A stretch of DNA of 64,000 bases from Verrucomicrobiota bacterium. GTDB taxonomy: Bacteria; Verrucomicrobiota; Verrucomicrobiia; Palsa-1439. Each line of letters starts with the position of its first letter. Within the stretch, counting starts at the first letter, position 1. Positions 19,053-28,714 of this stretch are shown here, piece after piece. The stretch is taken from contig JBAWWR010000001.1 in NCBI GenBank assembly GCA_037146675.1, positions 260 to 64,259 on the forward strand, read 5' to 3'. Both the position numbers and the translations under genes were made by a program. The notes below the pieces were generated by a model, which was not told the DNA's origin, searched no databases, and worked only from the letters and a program-made list of their open reading frames with translations.

Positions 19053-19847
19053 TAAAATCTGCTCGAGCCAACCGAAGATGACGCCCGATAATTCCTTCAC
19101 ACCGGTCAGCATCTCAACGCCGTGCAGATTACCGGAACAGGCGACCAATTCGTTTGATACCACCACCTGCCCGGCGCGATGACGTAATTCAATAAGTCGC
19201 TTGGAAGATTCAAAGGCAAACTCGTCGTCCCGGCTAACCACAATGCAGAGCGGCCGTTTGCCGAATCGGGCAATCACATCATCGGTGCGCAAGTTGCGAT
19301 AGGACAGTCCCGGGCTGAGCAGGATTAGGCCAGCTACTTCGTCATTGAACGCCGCATATCGGAGCGCGAGGTTGGCGCCGAGACTGGAACCAACAATCGC
19401 AATCCGGTGCTTATCGATTCCGGGCTGGCTCGCCAACCAATCGTAAGCTTGATTGACATCGAGCAGCATATCGGTGAAATCCTGCGGACCAAAATTCTGG
19501 TAATCGACCGTCTTAACGCCGTCGGCGGTCAGGCGGCGTGTGCTGTCGCCTTGGCCGCGAAGATCAATAGCGAGGACGGCAATGCCGTTCATCTGAAACA
19601 GTGGGGCGACCGCTCTCCACTCTTCGTGGTTCTTGCCGTACCCGTGTAATAGCAACACCGCCGCCGCTGAATTCGTGGCGACTGGGTAATACACCGCCGC
19701 CAATTCCAAGTCGTCACGCGTTAGCAACTTAATTGGTCGAACATTATCCGCACCAACCTGACCGGCAAGTGCAACGACAAGAATGAAGAGAATTATTCGC
19801 ACGCCGGCCACTCTATCACAGCCGCCAAGGTGGGCAATTGTTTTCAA
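18987..19847 (-). CDS. secreted alpha/beta hydrolase (dienelactone hydrolase / prolyl oligopeptidase-like)
   Basis: 286 aa. Signal peptide, HGYGKNHEEW, nucleophile elbow GSSLGA. 4-nt overlap with the upstream ClC gene. Confidence 0.75.
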   Translation of the reverse strand: MKTIAHLGGCDRVAGVRIILFILVVALAGQVGADNVRPIKLLTRDDLELAAVYYPVATNSAAAVLLLHGYGKNHEEWRAVAPLFQMNGIAVLAIDLRGQGDSTRRLTADGVKTVDYQNFGPQDFTDMLLDVNQAYDWLASQPGIDKHRIAIVGSSLGANLALRYAAFNDEVAGLILLSPGLSYRNLRTDDVIARFGKRPLCIVVSRDDEFAFESSKRLIELRHRAGQVVVSNELVACSGNLHGVEMLTGVKELSGVIFGWLEQILSVSPASEPVPSPKRVESDHHR

Positions 19848-21925
19848 GACGCCGTGAGTGCGCTGACAAAGCGGGTGATCCCATCGCCTTGACCGATGAC
19901 GGCCAGCCGGTCGCCTTCGTGCAATTGCATTTGCGGCCCCGGTAACTCAATCAAATCCTTGCCGGTCACCGGATCGCGCCGTTTGACGGCGAGAACATGG
20001 ACGCCAAAGCTGGACCGCGGTGCGAGTTTGGCGAGCGTCTGCCCGACGCATTGCGAGGGTAACTCAATCGTGTGTAACTCAAATCCTTCCGGTAACTCGA
20101 CAAACATGTCGCGCTTCTCGTCTTGATCTTGGACGACAAAATGGCCGAGCACTTGCCGCTTGCGTAAAATCTCCTGACTGTAGACGCCGATGATGTCGCG
20201 TTTGGACATCCAGCCAATCAGCCTTCGGTCAGTCAAATTATTGACTACCGGTAAGCGCTCGCAATTTTGCTGCCAGAACTTTTCCATCGTATCGGCCAGA
20301 TTATCCGTCGGGATGACAACTTCAAACGTGTCGTCGAGCAGGTCGTGGGCGACGACGGTCTGGAGGGCGTCGCCTTGGCTCAGCATTTCCTTGAGCGCGT
20401 GGAGCCGGATCGCACCGAGGAATTTGCCATTACCGTCGGTTACGTAGAGGAAATTGTACGGCTCCTTAAGGAAGCGTTCGACGACGCCGGTAAAAGGCAC
20501 GGAGTGATTTACGGCAGTGACGTCGTCGTGCATAACGTCGGCAACGCGCAACGACTGCATCACGCTGCCTTCCGGTCCGCGCGGGAGTTTGACGCCACGC
20601 CGCGCGAGCGCCTCGTCATGAATTGATTTGCCGCCAAGCAATCGCGTTGTGAAATGGCTGACAATGCAGACGAACATCAGCGGCAGGACGATTTGATAGG
20701 AATTGGTTTGCTCGAAAATCATCATGATGGCAGTGATCGGTGCGTGGGTCGTGCCGGCTACGATGGCGCCCATACCGACCAATGCATAAGCGCCTTGTTC
20801 AGCAGTGTGCGCCGGGAACAAGAGATGAATGCGATGCCCAAACGCGCCGCCCAGCAACGCGCCAATCATTAACGACGGCATGAACAACCCACCGGCACCA
20901 CCAGAGCCGAACGTCAGCGCCGTTGCCAGCAGTTTGGCGACCAGTAGAATGAGCAGCATCTTAAACGGCAGGCTCACATCCTCGTGCAGCACCATGTTGA
21001 CTGGGTCGTAGCCATTGCCGAACACGTGCGGCAGGAACCAGCCGATGACGCCAAGCAATCCGAAGCCGAGTACCGGTTTAATCCAGCGCGGTCCCGGTAG
21101 TTTCTCAAACACGTCCTCAGTCCAATATAAAATTTTTCCGAACAACAACGAGACCACACCACCGAGAATGCCCAACACGAGATACGCCGGCAGCTCCCAC
21201 GCCGACACCAACTCATAGTGTGGAATTACAAACCGGGGCAGGTTCCCCATCGCACTGCGGAATACCAGTGTCGACAACACCGATGCGACCACAACCGGTC
21301 CGAAGACATCGAGCGCAAAGCTGCCCATCAAAATCTCGAGCGCAAACATCGAGCCACCGATCGGCGAATTGTACACGGCCGCGAGCGCTGCGGCGGCCGC
21401 TGCGCAGACCAGCATCCGCAAATGGCGCGGCTCCAGTCGGAACTGGCGTCCTAATTTTGAGCCTAGTGCTGCCGATAGGCGCATCATCGGGCCTTCGCGT
21501 CCGAGTGATCCACCGGTCGCCAGTGTCGCTAAAGCTGCGCACAACCAACGCAACGTCTCGCCAAGCGAAATGACGCCGCCCTTTAGCGTAATTGCCTGAA
21601 TCAACCGGCCGGTCCCGGCTCCGCGTGTTTCGATTCGTAAGCCCCAGCCAATGATGCCTACCAGAATTCCACCGGCGAGCGGAATTAAAATGCACCACCA
21701 GCGCGGCTCAAGGCTTTGCGCGGCCGCCAACAAACTTGTGCCGCTACCCCAGATATGGTTCTGCAAAAACGCCAGCACATGCGCGACGGCCACCGACACC
21801 AGTCCGACCACCACGCCGACCACCGGTAATAAGAATAGAAACGCGTTCTCGCTCGGCGTGCGCCGCGACAACTGAGCCGCCGCGCGCGCTTGCCAGCCGA
21901 TCAGTCGACTGCGGAGATTACGCAT
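19844..21925 (-). CDS. ClC-family chloride channel/antiporter with tandem CBS domains and a C-terminal TrkA-C (RCK_C) domain
   Basis: 693 aa. ClC selectivity motifs (GSGIP-like GGSLGREGP, GxFxP-like GLFMPS), CBS pair, and a C-terminal LHEGDRLAVIG RCK_C-like segment. Confidence 0.85.
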   Translation of the reverse strand: MRNLRSRLIGWQARAAAQLSRRTPSENAFLFLLPVVGVVVGLVSVAVAHVLAFLQNHIWGSGTSLLAAAQSLEPRWWCILIPLAGGILVGIIGWGLRIETRGAGTGRLIQAITLKGGVISLGETLRWLCAALATLATGGSLGREGPMMRLSAALGSKLGRQFRLEPRHLRMLVCAAAAAALAAVYNSPIGGSMFALEILMGSFALDVFGPVVVASVLSTLVFRSAMGNLPRFVIPHYELVSAWELPAYLVLGILGGVVSLLFGKILYWTEDVFEKLPGPRWIKPVLGFGLLGVIGWFLPHVFGNGYDPVNMVLHEDVSLPFKMLLILLVAKLLATALTFGSGGAGGLFMPSLMIGALLGGAFGHRIHLLFPAHTAEQGAYALVGMGAIVAGTTHAPITAIMMIFEQTNSYQIVLPLMFVCIVSHFTTRLLGGKSIHDEALARRGVKLPRGPEGSVMQSLRVADVMHDDVTAVNHSVPFTGVVERFLKEPYNFLYVTDGNGKFLGAIRLHALKEMLSQGDALQTVVAHDLLDDTFEVVIPTDNLADTMEKFWQQNCERLPVVNNLTDRRLIGWMSKRDIIGVYSQEILRKRQVLGHFVVQDQDEKRDMFVELPEGFELHTIELPSQCVGQTLAKLAPRSSFGVHVLAVKRRDPVTGKDLIELPGPQMQLHEGDRLAVIGQGDGITRFVSALTAS

Positions 21926-21970
21926 ACCGGCTTATCTAACAAACTCCAGCTGATTGCGACAGCAAATTTC

Positions 21971-22234
21971 ATGCTTGCATACTGCCAAAAACACAGCACA
22001 TTTACCGGTGTGAGTGTCACATTACCATCTCATGTAGCGATTGCGGCGCGCGCCTACGAGCTGTATATCCAACGCGGCCGGCTCGATGGCTACGAAGTGG
22101 ATGATTGGCTGCAGGCCGAATACGAGTTGATGCAGTTGCCGGTGGAAAGAATTGCCGAATTGGACGCGCCCAAAGATAAGGATAAGAAGCACCGGTCCTT
22201 GGTGAATGCGGTGCGTTCTGCAATGATGTTCTAG
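21971..22234 (+). CDS. DUF2934-like small protein
   Basis: Motif IAARAYELYIQRGRLDGYEVDDWLQAE, characteristic of DUF2934. Start is taken at the internal ATG (MLAYCQKH). Confidence 0.45.
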   Translation: MLAYCQKHSTFTGVSVTLPSHVAIAARAYELYIQRGRLDGYEVDDWLQAEYELMQLPVERIAELDAPKDKDKKHRSLVNAVRSAMMF

Positions 22235-22246
22235 CCTGATAGAACC

Positions 22247-22513
22247 ATGCCACTCACGACTCCTAACGACCGCTCGCGCGCCAGTGCTACCGATGTCTTT
22301 CGTGATTACGGCATTGGGTCGCTGTTCTTAATAGTCTGGGAAATTTGGTGCATCCGCGACGGCTGGTTTAATCCTGGCTACGACCACATCCCATTCAGCC
22401 GCGCGATGGCATGGATTTCCGCTCCAATCTTAGTTTTCTGTCTAGTTATGGCCATCAGCGCCGGTCTAACGCTTCAAAAAGAGAAGCGCAAAAAACCACC
22501 TGCCGGTAACTGA
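22247..22513 (+). CDS. small hypothetical membrane protein
   Basis: 88-aa ORF with two predicted TM segments. No recognisable family. Confidence 0.35.
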   Translation: MPLTTPNDRSRASATDVFRDYGIGSLFLIVWEIWCIRDGWFNPGYDHIPFSRAMAWISAPILVFCLVMAISAGLTLQKEKRKKPPAGN

Positions 22514-22538
22514 ACACGCTTCTGCACAACCTTTAGAG

Positions 22539-24575
22539 TTGCTCACCGGCGATAAAGTCTTTAGCATTTTCGCCATCAAGACAAAGTTCAATAAAAGTTC
22601 CCGCTGGTTGCGTTGCCTCGGTGTCGGCAATGCCGACCAGCCATCGTTTTTACTGATCGCGCTCTTTGCCTTCGCCAGTATGATCATCATTGGTTATCGT
22701 TTTGCTGTCTGGGATCAACTGTTGTACCTGAGTTTTGTCGACCGGTATTTCCAGCCGATTCTTGATCATCCCGGCGATCTCTACATCAGTCATTTTCTCT
22801 GGCACAGTTACACGACATTCTGGATGCTGATTTACCCAATCAAGCAGCTATTTGGCTGGGAATGGCCGCTTTTTATCATCCACGTGCTGGTCAAGTTTTT
22901 CATCTTCTGGGGTGTCTGGTCGTTGGCCTTCGCGTTGACTAAAGACCGACTGACCGCGTGGCTCAGTGTCCTGCTGATGCTGATGAACAAGGCGGTCATC
23001 GGCGGCGGAGTCAACTTCTACATGGCCGATACAATCACCCGCTACGTCGCGCTGCCATTCATGCTGTTCGGCATTAAAAAACTTTGGGATCGGAAATATC
23101 TCGGCGCGGCGTTGCTTTTCGGAATCGGCGTCCAGATTCACATTTTGACTGTGACCTATTGGTTTTTGGCGATCATTATTGGCATGGGTATTTACCGGTT
23201 TTTTAACGCCACGGCATCTTCGCAGACTGATCAGCAAAACAGGCACCGGCATATCGCCAAGTCAGTCGGGTTGTTTCTTTTGCTGGCGCTTCCGATTATC
23301 ATTTGGTTTGGCATTGCGGAATGGGGAGCGTCGAGCCCTCCGGCAAATGCGGATTTCATCGATTTAATCCACAACCATTTCGGTTACGTATTCCTGACGG
23401 ATTACGACTCCCTAACGTGGAAGACGTTGTTTCTATTTGTTGTGATTATTGTCGTCGCCTTGCGCTACTTACCCCAAAACGACTGCAGCCGCTGGTATCT
23501 GCCGTTCACGTTTGCAATCATCGCGGTCATGGGTATTCACTTCCTGGCCGCTGATGTATTTTTCTGTCACCCCATTCTCAAGCACCAAATGTGTCGCATC
23601 ATCGACCTGCTCGGCCTGTTGACCATGTTTGGCGCGGCGCGAATCCTTGCGGTGCACGCTCAGCGGGCCGGCTGGCAGCGTTGGCTTGCCGCTCCGGTCG
23701 CCGCGTTGTTTCTCGTTGCCACCGTCACGCCGGGAATTAACGCCGTCTTACTTGCCACGGCCACGCTCTTTCTTATCTTGCTCGTTCTTGAGCCTCAACC
23801 CGGTCGCTTTACAATCCCGGCCTTCCTAATCCTGCTCATCTTCATTTTTGCGCAACTTTGTTATCCCGCCAATTTCGGCATCGGTTCATTGCGCCGGCCA
23901 ATCTGGACCCTGCTCATTGTGAGCTTGCTAGCAATTGCGATTTTGTTTTTTACCGGTTGGTTCGCCACGCTGACCAATCGGCGCCTCATTATCAGAAACG
24001 CGACATTTGTCATTTGTTTGACCGGTCTCATATTGCTGGTCGCCTTCGAACGGATTGCCATCGCTGAAATCAGTTCGAATTATTCAAAAGCTCCGCTCAC
24101 CAATCAAGAGCATTGGGACCGCATGGTGCATCGCACACGGGAAAACCTCGATTGGCCGGGGCAGGGGATGCAAACTGATTGGATTCAGTTCCAGCTCTGG
24201 ATTCGCGACAACACGCCGCCCGGTACCATGTTCTTCGTTCCGCCGGGCCTGAATGGTTTCCGCGTTTTCTCACAGCGCAACGCTTTCTTTGAAGGCTACG
24301 ATTGTGAACCGACCATTTTCAACATCAGCTACGCTACTGATCTATTGGAACGCATGAAAGTCTTGGGGTATTCGTCAGCGCCGGCAAGCAGTCGGAATGC
24401 CGCCGATAAGTCCGAGCAAATATATTACGCCGTCAAGCCGTCTGAATGGCAGGAGCTATCACAACAATGGGACGTGCCGTATCTCATCATGAGCCGGCCA
24501 GTGAAGTCGCCATTTCAGAAACTCTACCAACGCGGCGACCTGACACTCTGGCGCATTCCCACGCCAGCACCTTAG
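22539..24575 (+). CDS. large polytopic membrane protein with a C-terminal extracytoplasmic domain (GT-C-like glycosyltransferase candidate)
   Basis: 678 aa. About 12 predicted TM helices, then a soluble C-terminal domain of about 200 aa. Immediately followed by the ABC exporter (19-nt gap). Confidence 0.6.
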   Translation: MLTGDKVFSIFAIKTKFNKSSRWLRCLGVGNADQPSFLLIALFAFASMIIIGYRFAVWDQLLYLSFVDRYFQPILDHPGDLYISHFLWHSYTTFWMLIYPIKQLFGWEWPLFIIHVLVKFFIFWGVWSLAFALTKDRLTAWLSVLLMLMNKAVIGGGVNFYMADTITRYVALPFMLFGIKKLWDRKYLGAALLFGIGVQIHILTVTYWFLAIIIGMGIYRFFNATASSQTDQQNRHRHIAKSVGLFLLLALPIIIWFGIAEWGASSPPANADFIDLIHNHFGYVFLTDYDSLTWKTLFLFVVIIVVALRYLPQNDCSRWYLPFTFAIIAVMGIHFLAADVFFCHPILKHQMCRIIDLLGLLTMFGAARILAVHAQRAGWQRWLAAPVAALFLVATVTPGINAVLLATATLFLILLVLEPQPGRFTIPAFLILLIFIFAQLCYPANFGIGSLRRPIWTLLIVSLLAIAILFFTGWFATLTNRRLIIRNATFVICLTGLILLVAFERIAIAEISSNYSKAPLTNQEHWDRMVHRTRENLDWPGQGMQTDWIQFQLWIRDNTPPGTMFFVPPGLNGFRVFSQRNAFFEGYDCEPTIFNISYATDLLERMKVLGYSSAPASSRNAADKSEQIYYAVKPSEWQELSQQWDVPYLIMSRPVKSPFQKLYQRGDLTLWRIPTPAP

Positions 24576-24593
24576 CTGAGTTGCAATTCCCGC

Positions 24594-26450
24594 TTGTTCA
24601 CACCGGCAGAAGATGCTTACCTCTGCGGTATGGCCGACCGAAATTCTAACTGGATGTTGAGCCGCCGGCTCCTCGCGCTGGCGTGGCGTTACCGGTCAGG
24701 TTGCCTGAAAGTGCTTGGCATCCAAACTGTCATTCTCGCGCTCGGTTTATGCGGGCTCAGTTTTTGGGGGCTCGGCATTGATTATCTCCGCCTCTTGCTC
24801 GCCGGTAAATCAATGCATTGGCCGTTTGGCTGGCAAACGCCAGTGGGCTGGACGCCGGTCATGGTGGTCACGGCCATTGGTGGCGCGATTCTCGGTTTCG
24901 CGGCGATTCGCGCCGTGCTGGGTTATCATTACACAGTCGCGTTGACCGGTCTGACGCAAGGTCGGATCGTCGTGGACTTGCGCGCTGCGGTCTATGACAA
25001 ACTTCAGCGCCTGAGCTTTCGGTTCTTCGACGACAACGCGACCGGCGCCATCATCAACCGCGTCACCGGCGACGTGCAGCAAACCCGCGCGTTCGTGGAC
25101 GATGTAGTGATGCAGCTCATCATCATGGCGTTGTCGCTTTCGGTCTACCTTGTCTACATGCTGAATCTTCATCCCAAGCTGACGCTGGCCTGCCTCGTCA
25201 CGACGCCGGTCCTCTGGTTGATCTCGTCGTATTATTCGCGCATGCTCCAGCCGGAATACCGTCGCAACCGTGAACTCGTGGACGAGATGATCCGTAAACT
25301 GGCCGAGTACATTCAGGGCATCGCGGTCATCAAAGCTTTCGCGCGCGAGCCGGAAGTTACTGCCGACTTCCAAACCGCCAACCGAGCTGTCCGCGACCAG
25401 CAGCAAAAAATCTTCTGGCGCACGAGTCTCTTCGGTCCTGGTATTTCCTTCATCACGCAAATCAACATCTTCATCGCGCTGCTCTACGGCGGCTACCTTG
25501 TCATTTACGACGAATTCCCACTCGGCCTCGGCCTTGTCGTCTTCGTTGGGCTCGTCCAACAATTTTCCGCGCAAGTCCAAAACCTTGCCACCGTCAACAA
25601 CACTGCGCTCCAAAGTCTGACCGGCGCACGACGCGTGTTTGAAATTCTCGATGCGCCGGTGGAAATTCAGTCACCAGCCCGGCCGGTCAAACTGCCGGTA
25701 GTAAAAAGCGGACGGCAAGTCCGGTTCGAACACGTCTGGTTCAGTCACATTCCCGGCGAAATTGTATTGGAGGCAGTGGACTTCGAAGTCAAAGCCGGCC
25801 AGCGCGTCGCCATTCTCGGCGCGACCGGTGCCGGCAAGAGTTCACTGATGAGTCTGATTCCGCGTTTTTATGATCCCACGCGCGGCCGGGTGCTGCTCGA
25901 CGGTGTCGATCTCCGGCAGCTTGATCTCGACGAACTCCGCCGGAACATCGGCACGGTGTTTCAGGAAAGCTTCCTATTCAGCAACACCATTGCCGCCAAC
26001 ATTGCGTTCGGCCATCCCGAAGCCAGCCGGGACCAAATCGAACGCGCCGCGCAGATTGCTTCCGCGCACGAGTTCATCATGCAAATGCCGAAAGACTACG
26101 ACACGGTTTTGCGCGAGACCGGCTCAAATCTGTCCGGCGGCCAAAAGCAACGCCTGGCGCTTGCGCGTGCTATTTTGCTCGATCCACCGATTTTGTTGCT
26201 CGACGATCCCACAGCCGCGGTTGATTCGCAGACCGAAAACGAAATTCTGGAAGCGCTGGACAACGCGATGCGCGGACGGACGACATTTATGGTGGCGCAC
26301 CGGCTCAGCGCGTTGCGCCGGTCGGACTTCGTGGTGGTGCTCGATGGTGGCCGGGTGGCACAAGTCGGTACGCACGCCGAGTTGCTGCGGCTACCGGGCC
26401 ATTACCGGCAGATTGCCGAGCTACAATTTGCCGAAGGCGTTACCGGTTAG
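24594..26450 (+). CDS. ABC transporter, fused permease/ATP-binding protein (MsbA-like exporter)
   Basis: 618 aa. Six-TM domain, Walker A (GATGAGKSSL), signature (LSGGQKQRLALAR), Walker B (LLLDDPTAAVD). Stop is TAG. Confidence 0.9.
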   Translation: MFTPAEDAYLCGMADRNSNWMLSRRLLALAWRYRSGCLKVLGIQTVILALGLCGLSFWGLGIDYLRLLLAGKSMHWPFGWQTPVGWTPVMVVTAIGGAILGFAAIRAVLGYHYTVALTGLTQGRIVVDLRAAVYDKLQRLSFRFFDDNATGAIINRVTGDVQQTRAFVDDVVMQLIIMALSLSVYLVYMLNLHPKLTLACLVTTPVLWLISSYYSRMLQPEYRRNRELVDEMIRKLAEYIQGIAVIKAFAREPEVTADFQTANRAVRDQQQKIFWRTSLFGPGISFITQINIFIALLYGGYLVIYDEFPLGLGLVVFVGLVQQFSAQVQNLATVNNTALQSLTGARRVFEILDAPVEIQSPARPVKLPVVKSGRQVRFEHVWFSHIPGEIVLEAVDFEVKAGQRVAILGATGAGKSSLMSLIPRFYDPTRGRVLLDGVDLRQLDLDELRRNIGTVFQESFLFSNTIAANIAFGHPEASRDQIERAAQIASAHEFIMQMPKDYDTVLRETGSNLSGGQKQRLALARAILLDPPILLLDDPTAAVDSQTENEILEALDNAMRGRTTFMVAHRLSALRRSDFVVVLDGGRVAQVGTHAELLRLPGHYRQIAELQFAEGVTG

Positions 26451-26462
26451 GCGCAGTCTTCT

Positions 26463-26918
26463 TTAGAAACCAGCCGTTCGCGATGGCAGACATTCGACTT
26501 GCCAATTCTCCGCGCGCAATTGGCTCCAATCGTGCTGAATGAGTGGAGAAGGGAAGACCACTTCACCAGCGAGTTGAGACTTGGTGAACCAACCGGCTTC
26601 GATGATGCCTTCCTTTGCGGCTCCTTCAGTCTGGCGCACGGTTCCACCAACGGCGTCGCAAAGCATCCAGACTTTGCTCATCTTGAAGCGTGAACACAGC
26701 AGATCTTCGATGATGACCACGCGCCGAGGCTGAACTTTAACATTTGTCTCCTCCAGCATCTCTCTGACAATGGCCTGAACGACATTCTCATCTTCCTCCA
26801 GCGCGCCGCCGGGACAAACTAGATATGTTCCGCCCTTGGCGTCCCGGTATCTGACAAGCAAGACCGCGTTATCTTTGAATGTAATTCCGCCGGCAGCGAT
26901 TCGATGTGGTTTGCTCAT
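26463..26918 (-). CDS. NUDIX hydrolase
   Basis: 151 aa. Nudix box GGALEEDENVVQAIVREMLEETNV. Confidence 0.8.
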   Translation of the reverse strand: MSKPHRIAAGGITFKDNAVLLVRYRDAKGGTYLVCPGGALEEDENVVQAIVREMLEETNVKVQPRRVVIIEDLLCSRFKMSKVWMLCDAVGGTVRQTEGAAKEGIIEAGWFTKSQLAGEVVFPSPLIQHDWSQLRAENWQVECLPSRTAGF

Positions 26919-27631
26919 ATGTGTTCAGTGAGTTGTGTGGGAGCAACGGCTTCGCGAAGGGCGGCGCCGGGCGGTAAAACTTTGACGGTTGGGATGGCGG
27001 TGAGGCGTCCCAGCAGCTTATCCAAATAGCCGGCACTCAGCGGTCCCCAACCTTCATCCTCCAAACCGTGGCCGGTGTAAATCAGCCAGCCTGATGGTTG
27101 GGATAGCAGGCGCGTGATTTGTTCCTCCAAATGTTGGTCGCAGTTACCGGGGCCAAAGCTAGTCGTGCTGAGGCGCGTCATCTGTGGATACGGCAGTGGA
27201 TTGAAATCGCTGCCGCCGGCACGGAACGCTCGCACCACCGTCGGCAGCCATTGTTCCAATTCAGGAGTCGTGGCGCTATACGGAAAAGCGAAGATGGATT
27301 GATGCGAATCAAAGCCTGATAGTTCAGCTTGAAAGATGGCGAGGCAATCACGGATGAGCGTCTGAGCGGCTGGGAATGGCAGGGCGGCTTTATTGGCGTG
27401 CCGGTAACCATGCGGCTGGATTTCATGACCGCGCGCCTGCAATTCATTCCAGACCGCGAAATCACCCTTCTGCGGTCCGACTTGATATTGGTCCGGCGGC
27501 ACATAATCGACGCGGTGGCCGGTCGCAATCACATTGAAGCACGCGGCGAGATGGTGCTTTTCAAAAACCTCCGCAATCTTCAAATTAGATTTTAAGAATC
27601 CATCATCAAATCCAAGGCTCACAAGGTGCAT
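26915..27631 (-). CDS. polysaccharide deacetylase (CE4)-like protein
   Basis: Start is taken at MHLVSLGFDDGF (NodB-type FDDG motif). The His-rich block HGYRH is present. The longer listed ORF would overlap the downstream NUDIX gene by 130 nt. Confidence 0.65.
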   Translation of the reverse strand: MHLVSLGFDDGFLKSNLKIAEVFEKHHLAACFNVIATGHRVDYVPPDQYQVGPQKGDFAVWNELQARGHEIQPHGYRHANKAALPFPAAQTLIRDCLAIFQAELSGFDSHQSIFAFPYSATTPELEQWLPTVVRAFRAGGSDFNPLPYPQMTRLSTTSFGPGNCDQHLEEQITRLLSQPSGWLIYTGHGLEDEGWGPLSAGYLDKLLGRLTAIPTVKVLPPGAALREAVAPTQLTEHI

Positions 27632-27647
27632 CGTGATATCTCCAATC

Positions 27648-28094
27648 TCAGCCAACAAAAGTGGATTCCAAAAACGGGCCACGCGCGTTCTGATTGTGGC
27701 GGCGAATGATTTCAATGAGCGGAGCTGGAAGGAGGTTGTGGCCGGATAACTCGGATAGACGCGCCCAGAGGAATTCAAGGTGTGGTTCGCGGGATGGTAG
27801 GACCTGGGTGGCAGTGATCCCGTCGAGGGAGGCGAGAAATAAGTGATTCAGTTCGTGTTGCCGGTAGTCGCCGTCGCTCCATTGGTGCTCGACGAGGCCG
27901 AGGTAGTCAGCAACGTGGCAGACACAACCGAGCTCCTCGGCAATCTCGCGACTGAGCGCGTGCGCTAATCCCTCGCCAACTTCAACATGTCCGCCCGGTA
28001 GGAAGGTGTTGGCCGCGCCCTTAGCGCGAGCCAGCAGTATATGGTCATCGACGAGGATGACACCCCGCACCAAGATGTGGATTGAGCTGTTCAT
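27648..28094 (-). CDS. NUDIX hydrolase
   Basis: 148 aa. Nudix box GGHVEVGEGLAHALSREIAEELG. Confidence 0.8.
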   Translation of the reverse strand: MNSSIHILVRGVILVDDHILLARAKGAANTFLPGGHVEVGEGLAHALSREIAEELGCVCHVADYLGLVEHQWSDGDYRQHELNHLFLASLDGITATQVLPSREPHLEFLWARLSELSGHNLLPAPLIEIIRRHNQNARGPFLESTFVG

Positions 28095-28220
28095 TTTATT
28101 GTTAAAACCGTGGTTAATGTTGCACTAGTGGTTAAGTTTTGTCCATCTCCGACAGAGATGTTGACCTTGTAAGGCTGCAAATCGCATAAGCGACTTTGGC
28201 TTGCCTTTTGTGCAGCAACT

Positions 28221-28646
28221 TTGGAGGATGCCAACACGATTATGAGCGACAAAGTAAAGCCAATCGATGACAGCGCGATTTCCGAAGTGCGATTTAAGCA
28301 ATGGCTGGGAGCCGACCCGGCCAATCAGCAGTATTTCACCGAGCTAATGGAAGACATCTTGGGCGGAGAGTATGGCCGGATTCCACCGGAGTTGCATGAC
28401 GCGGCACGGAAAGTTACCGCCAAACTTCATGAGCAACGCTGCATGAAGACGATTGCTGAGAAAACCAAGGTACTTGTGGAAATCTTGGCACGGCAACCGG
28501 AAGTGCTGTTGCCAGAGGAGCGACGGAAACAATCGCAAGCGCTTGCGGACGAGATTACAGATGTGATTCTGGAGTTGCCGGAGCCCCATCGCGGTGCGTT
28601 AGCTAAACTTTACGTGCCGATGTGGGAGAAACTACGCACGCAGTAG
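28221..28646 (+). CDS. hypothetical protein
   Basis: 141-aa acidic, helical ORF with coding-like composition. No recognisable family. Stop is TAG. Confidence 0.4.
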   Translation: MEDANTIMSDKVKPIDDSAISEVRFKQWLGADPANQQYFTELMEDILGGEYGRIPPELHDAARKVTAKLHEQRCMKTIAEKTKVLVEILARQPEVLLPEERRKQSQALADEITDVILELPEPHRGALAKLYVPMWEKLRTQ

Positions 28647-28714
28647 TCAGTCCAAATACGTCCCGAAGTCCGGCTTGTCTTGCCGGAAGTGGTCGGCGTG
28701 AGTAGCTTCAATAA

